Positions 7,738 through 10,538 of a stretch of DNA of 10,538 nt are shown piece by piece (position 1 is the first letter of the stretch; the number at the start of each line of letters is the position of its first letter). The notes under the pieces are model-generated. The model was not told where the DNA came from. It worked only from the letters and a program-made list of their open reading frames with translations, and searched no databases. Made by a program: the position numbers and the translations under genes. Origin of the DNA: Octopus sinensis (lineage: Eukaryota); the NCBI RefSeq assembly GCF_006345805.1, contig NW_021827255.1:1-10538 (forward strand), given 5' to 3'.

Positions 7738-7770
<33 letters not shown>
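7040..7770. repeat. Compound microsatellite: (CT)n, then CA/TA-rich to ~7325, then TG/TA-rich, ending in (TA)n
   Basis: Directly visible. It produces the many Y/I/H/T/V/C/M ORFs. Confidence 0.95.
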
Positions 7771-7771
7771 G

Positions 7772-7881
7772 GAAACATGATAACAACCGTTGCCATATTC
7801 CATTTACCATTTATATTTCTGGTACAAATATAAATGCATCTACGAGTAAACAGAATATGGAAACGGTTGTTATCGAGTTTC
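7772..7881. repeat. 110 bp imperfect inverted repeat (hairpin or small MITE-like element)
   Basis: 7772-7800 pairs with 7853-7881 (26/29). CATTTATATTT at 7808-7818 pairs perfectly with AAATATAAATG at 7826-7836. Confidence 0.85.
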
Positions 7882-8045
7882 ACTTGTTGCTAAGGGACAT
7901 GTCCAGCCGTACTGAAGAAGAACGGTGACTGCTGTAGTGGCAGCAGTTAGAAGGTTGTAGTGGCGGCGGCAGTGGTGGTGGTGGTGGCCGTGGCAAATGG
8001 AGGACTTGAAACATAGAATGCAAAACATCCCACTCTCCATATATT

Positions 8046-8055
8046 GTAGTGGTAC

Positions 8056-8104
<49 letters not shown>

Positions 8105-8270
8105 GGTGGTGGTGGTGGTGGTGGTAGTGGTGGTGGTGGTAGTAGTTAGTGGTAGTGGTGGTGGTGGTGGTGGTGGTGGTAGTGGTGGTGGTGGTGGTAG
8201 TAGTAGTAGTAGTGGTAGTAGTAGTAGCTGTTGTTTCTGTTGCTACTGCTGTTGTTGTTGTTGTTATGGT
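8046..8270. repeat. Compound (GTA)n/(GTG)n/(GTT)n trinucleotide microsatellite
   Basis: Directly visible. It is the source of the poly-V/G/S/C ORF. Confidence 0.95.
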
Positions 8271-8296
8271 GTAAAATAATTCAAGAAAGGAGAATA

Positions 8297-8674
8297 CCTA
8301 TTTCTTTGCTACCCACAAGGGGCTAAACACAGAAGGGACAAACAAGGACAGACAAACGAATTAAGTCGATTATATCGACCCCAGTGCATAACTGGTACTT
8401 AATTTATCGACCCCGAAAGGACAAAAGGCAAAGCCAACCTCAGCGGAATTTGAACTCAGAACGTAGCGGTAGACGAATTACCTATTTCTTTTTCTTTACT
8501 ACCCACAAGGGGCTAAACACAGAAGGGACAAACAAGGACAGACAAACGGATTAAGTCGATTATATCAACCCCAGTGCATAACTGGTACTTATTTAATTGA
8601 CCCCAAAAGAACGGAAGGCAAAGTCGACTTTGGCGGAATTTGAACTCAGAACGTAACGTTTCTACCAGGTCGCC
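8297..8674 (-). mobile_element. SINE family B dimer with an internally deleted head; candidate TSD GAGAATA (8290-8296 and 8676-8682)
   Basis: CCTATTTCTTT at 8297 and 8481 (184 bp apart). Reverse-complement match to 3647-4066. The head end TTTCTACCAGGTCGCC lies at 8659-8674. Confidence 0.92.
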
Positions 8675-8873
8675 AGAGAATAACGTTAAACCCCCTAAGG
8701 TAGCTAGCTGATTGGAAAAGTCATTAGAAAACCCGGATTAAATACCTTCCAGTGTTTGTGGGAAGCCCTTGTGGCCTAGTGGGTTAAGGTGTTACATTCA
8801 CGGTCACAAGATCATGGTTTCATTTCCAAGACTGGGAAAGTGCGATGTGTTTTTGAGCAAAACATTTCATTTC

Positions 8874-9215
8874 GGTGCCATGAGCACCATCCGAGCATGA
8901 TCGTTGCCGGAGCAGCCAACTGGCTTCTGTACCAGTGGCACGTAAAAGGGCACCATTTGATTGTTATTGTTACCAACGTCGCCTTACTGGCACCTGTGCC
9001 AGTACCACCTGACTGGCCCCCGTGCCGGTGGCATGTAAAAAGCACCCACTACACACTCGGAGTGGTTGGCATAAGAAGGGCATCCAGCTGTAGAAACTCT
9101 GCCAGATCAAGATTGGAGCCTGGTGCAGCCATCTGGTTCGCCAGTCCTCAGTCAAAATCGTCCAACCGATGCTAGCATGGAAAGCGGACGTTAAACGATG
9201 ATGATGATGATGATG
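8874..9215 (+). mobile_element. Family D retroposon, 5'-truncated, (ATG)n tail, inserted in the C-type SINE
   Basis: Homologous to the reverse complement of 4385-4720. Internal TGGCACGTAAAA.GCACC repeats at ~8936 and ~9029. Confidence 0.88.
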
Positions 9216-9246
9216 TTGCTCCACTCTGCTCAGATGCAAATGAGTA

Positions 9247-9474
9247 ACCTATTTCTTTAGTACCCACAAGGGGCTAAACACAGAGGGGACAAACAAGGAT
9301 AGACATAGGTATTAAGTTGATTACATTGACCCCAGTGCGTAACTGGTACTTAATTTATCGACCCCGAAAGGATGAAAGGCAAAGTCGACCTCGGCAGAAT
9401 TTGAACTCAGAACGTAACAGCAGACGAAATACCGCTAAGCATTTTGCCCGGCATGCTAACGTTTCTGCCAGCTC
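9247..9474 (-). mobile_element. SINE family B monomer, near full length, inserted in the C-type SINE; possible 4 bp TSD AACC
   Basis: Reverse complement of 3653-3880. AACC at 9246-9249 and 9475-9478. Confidence 0.92.
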
Positions 9475-9700
9475 AACCCTGTTTGTAATGGACTGGCATC
9501 CCATTCAGAAAGGGTGAGGGTGGATGTTGTGAACCTGGTTATTCATATACCATAGAAACCAGAGAACCAACCCTATGAGTCCTGGAACGCTAGACAATAG
9601 TGTCCATTGGTTGATGAAAATGATGATGTGTTTTTGCTTTGACTCTCACTATTTGTCTGCTCGACCCCTTTGCTCTGTATGGAGTAAAGGTTTAGAGAAA

Positions 9701-9910
9701 GGTTTCCCGGTTTCCATGGTGTAAATATTTCCCACCTGGATGAGATGCCTGTCCATCACAGGGCTACTCTTTTTGCCAGCTGAGTGGACTGGAGCTACAT
9801 GAAATGAAGTGTCTTGCTCAAGAACACAACACATGCCCGGTCCAGGAATTGAAACCACAATCTTATGATCATGGTGCTGACACCCTAACCACTAAGCCAT
9901 GTGCCTCCAC
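9701..9910 (-). mobile_element. tRNA-derived SINE family C type, uninterrupted
   Basis: The reverse complement starts GTGGAGGCACATGGCTTAGTGGTTAGGG (A box), then GGTTTCAATTCC (B-box-like), then GTGTTGTGTTCTTGAGCAAGACAC...CAGTCCACTCAGCTG. The 3' end is approximate. Confidence 0.87.
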
Positions 9911-9939
9911 TCTCTGTGAAGAGGACAGGCCATCTCTCT

Positions 9940-10360
9940 TTACGCTTTACTTGTTTCAGTCATTTGACTGTGGCCATGCCGGAGCGCCACCTTTAGTCGA
10001 GCAAATTGACCCCAGGACTTATTCTTTGTAAGCCTAGTACTTATTTTATTGGTCTCTTTTGCCAAACTGCTAAGTTACAGGGACATAAACACAGCAGCAT
10101 CGGTTGTCAAGCGATGTTGGGGGGAACAAACACAGACACACAAACATATACACACACATGCATATATATATATGTATACGTATACACATATATGACGGGC
10201 TTCTTTCAGTTCAGTTTCTGTCTACCAAATCCACTCACAAGGCTTTGGTCAGCCTGAGGCTATAGTAGAAGACACTTGCCCAAGGTGCCACGCAGTGGGA
10301 CTGAACCCAAAACCATGTGGTTGGTAAGCAAGCTACTTACCACACAGCCACTCCTACACC
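9940..10360 (-). mobile_element. SINE family A, full length
   Basis: The reverse complement starts GGTGTAGGAGTGGCTGTGTGGTAAG and contains GGTTCAGTCCC, CCTTGGGCAAGT, the internal microsatellite and the tail CAGTCAAATGACTGAAACAAGTAAA. Confidence 0.94.
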
Positions 10361-10538
10361 TTTTCTCCTACATTCTCATCTCTGGGCTGTTGCTTTGCTT
10401 GTTTCCAGTTGGATCCCTATTTTTACAGCTCAGTCTCTGTACCCTGACTCGAGCTATTTTTAGGGCATCCATTCTTCTTCCTTGCTTTATGAGCATATGT
10501 TGTCCTGAGGGAAGGGCCTTCCTCTCCCTGGCCCAAGT

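Larger units (their letters stand above)
8762..9582 (+). mobile_element. Old family C-type SINE split into three pieces (8762-8873, 9213-9246, 9475-~9582) by nested insertions
   Basis: The joined pieces read ...GAGCAAAACATTTCATTTC|ATGTTGCTCCACTCTGCTCAGATGCAAATGAGTA|ACCCTGTTTGTAATGGACTGGCATCCCATTCAG...ATACCATAGAAACC. This is colinear with the reverse complement of 9701-9910. Confidence 0.82.

Noticed and set aside
6895-7928. Longest ORFs (up to 235 aa) on both strands
   Set aside because: Dinucleotide-repeat translations that are open in many frames, with no domain-like sequence.
8049-8279. Poly-Val/Gly/Ser/Cys ORF resembling a membrane or signal peptide
   Set aside because: Compound trinucleotide microsatellite.
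10361-10538. Possible exon after TTTTTACAG (~10420-10428)
   Set aside because: An acceptor-like motif alone, with no recognisable coding signal, and the window ends. It cannot be supported without RNA data.

Overview
Non-coding, repeat-saturated animal genomic DNA (intron or intergenic). From memory the repeat repertoire resembles octopus/cephalopod SINEs (OK/OR1/OR2 type); this was not verified by a search. No credible protein-coding region: the listed ORFs are microsatellite translations or run through SINEs and other repeats. The window holds a 34-38 bp minisatellite and a long polypyrimidine tract (1-1720), about 15 copies or fragments of four short retroposon families (labelled A-D here) on both strands, many micro/minisatellites, and two long fold-back elements (2466-2751 and 7772-7881). 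The most notable structures: (i) family B SINEs form head + (184 bp)n concatemers with the same junction at two independent loci, and the junction sits at a hairpin apex and is self-complementary; (ii) a 286 bp palindrome whose transition mismatches are all G·U-compatible on one strand lies between inverted SINEs, giving a potential ~1 kb dsRNA; (iii) a SINE is split into three pieces by two nested insertions; (iv) SINE heads and tails are shuffled in modules. I found no clear evidence for a new protein-based system.
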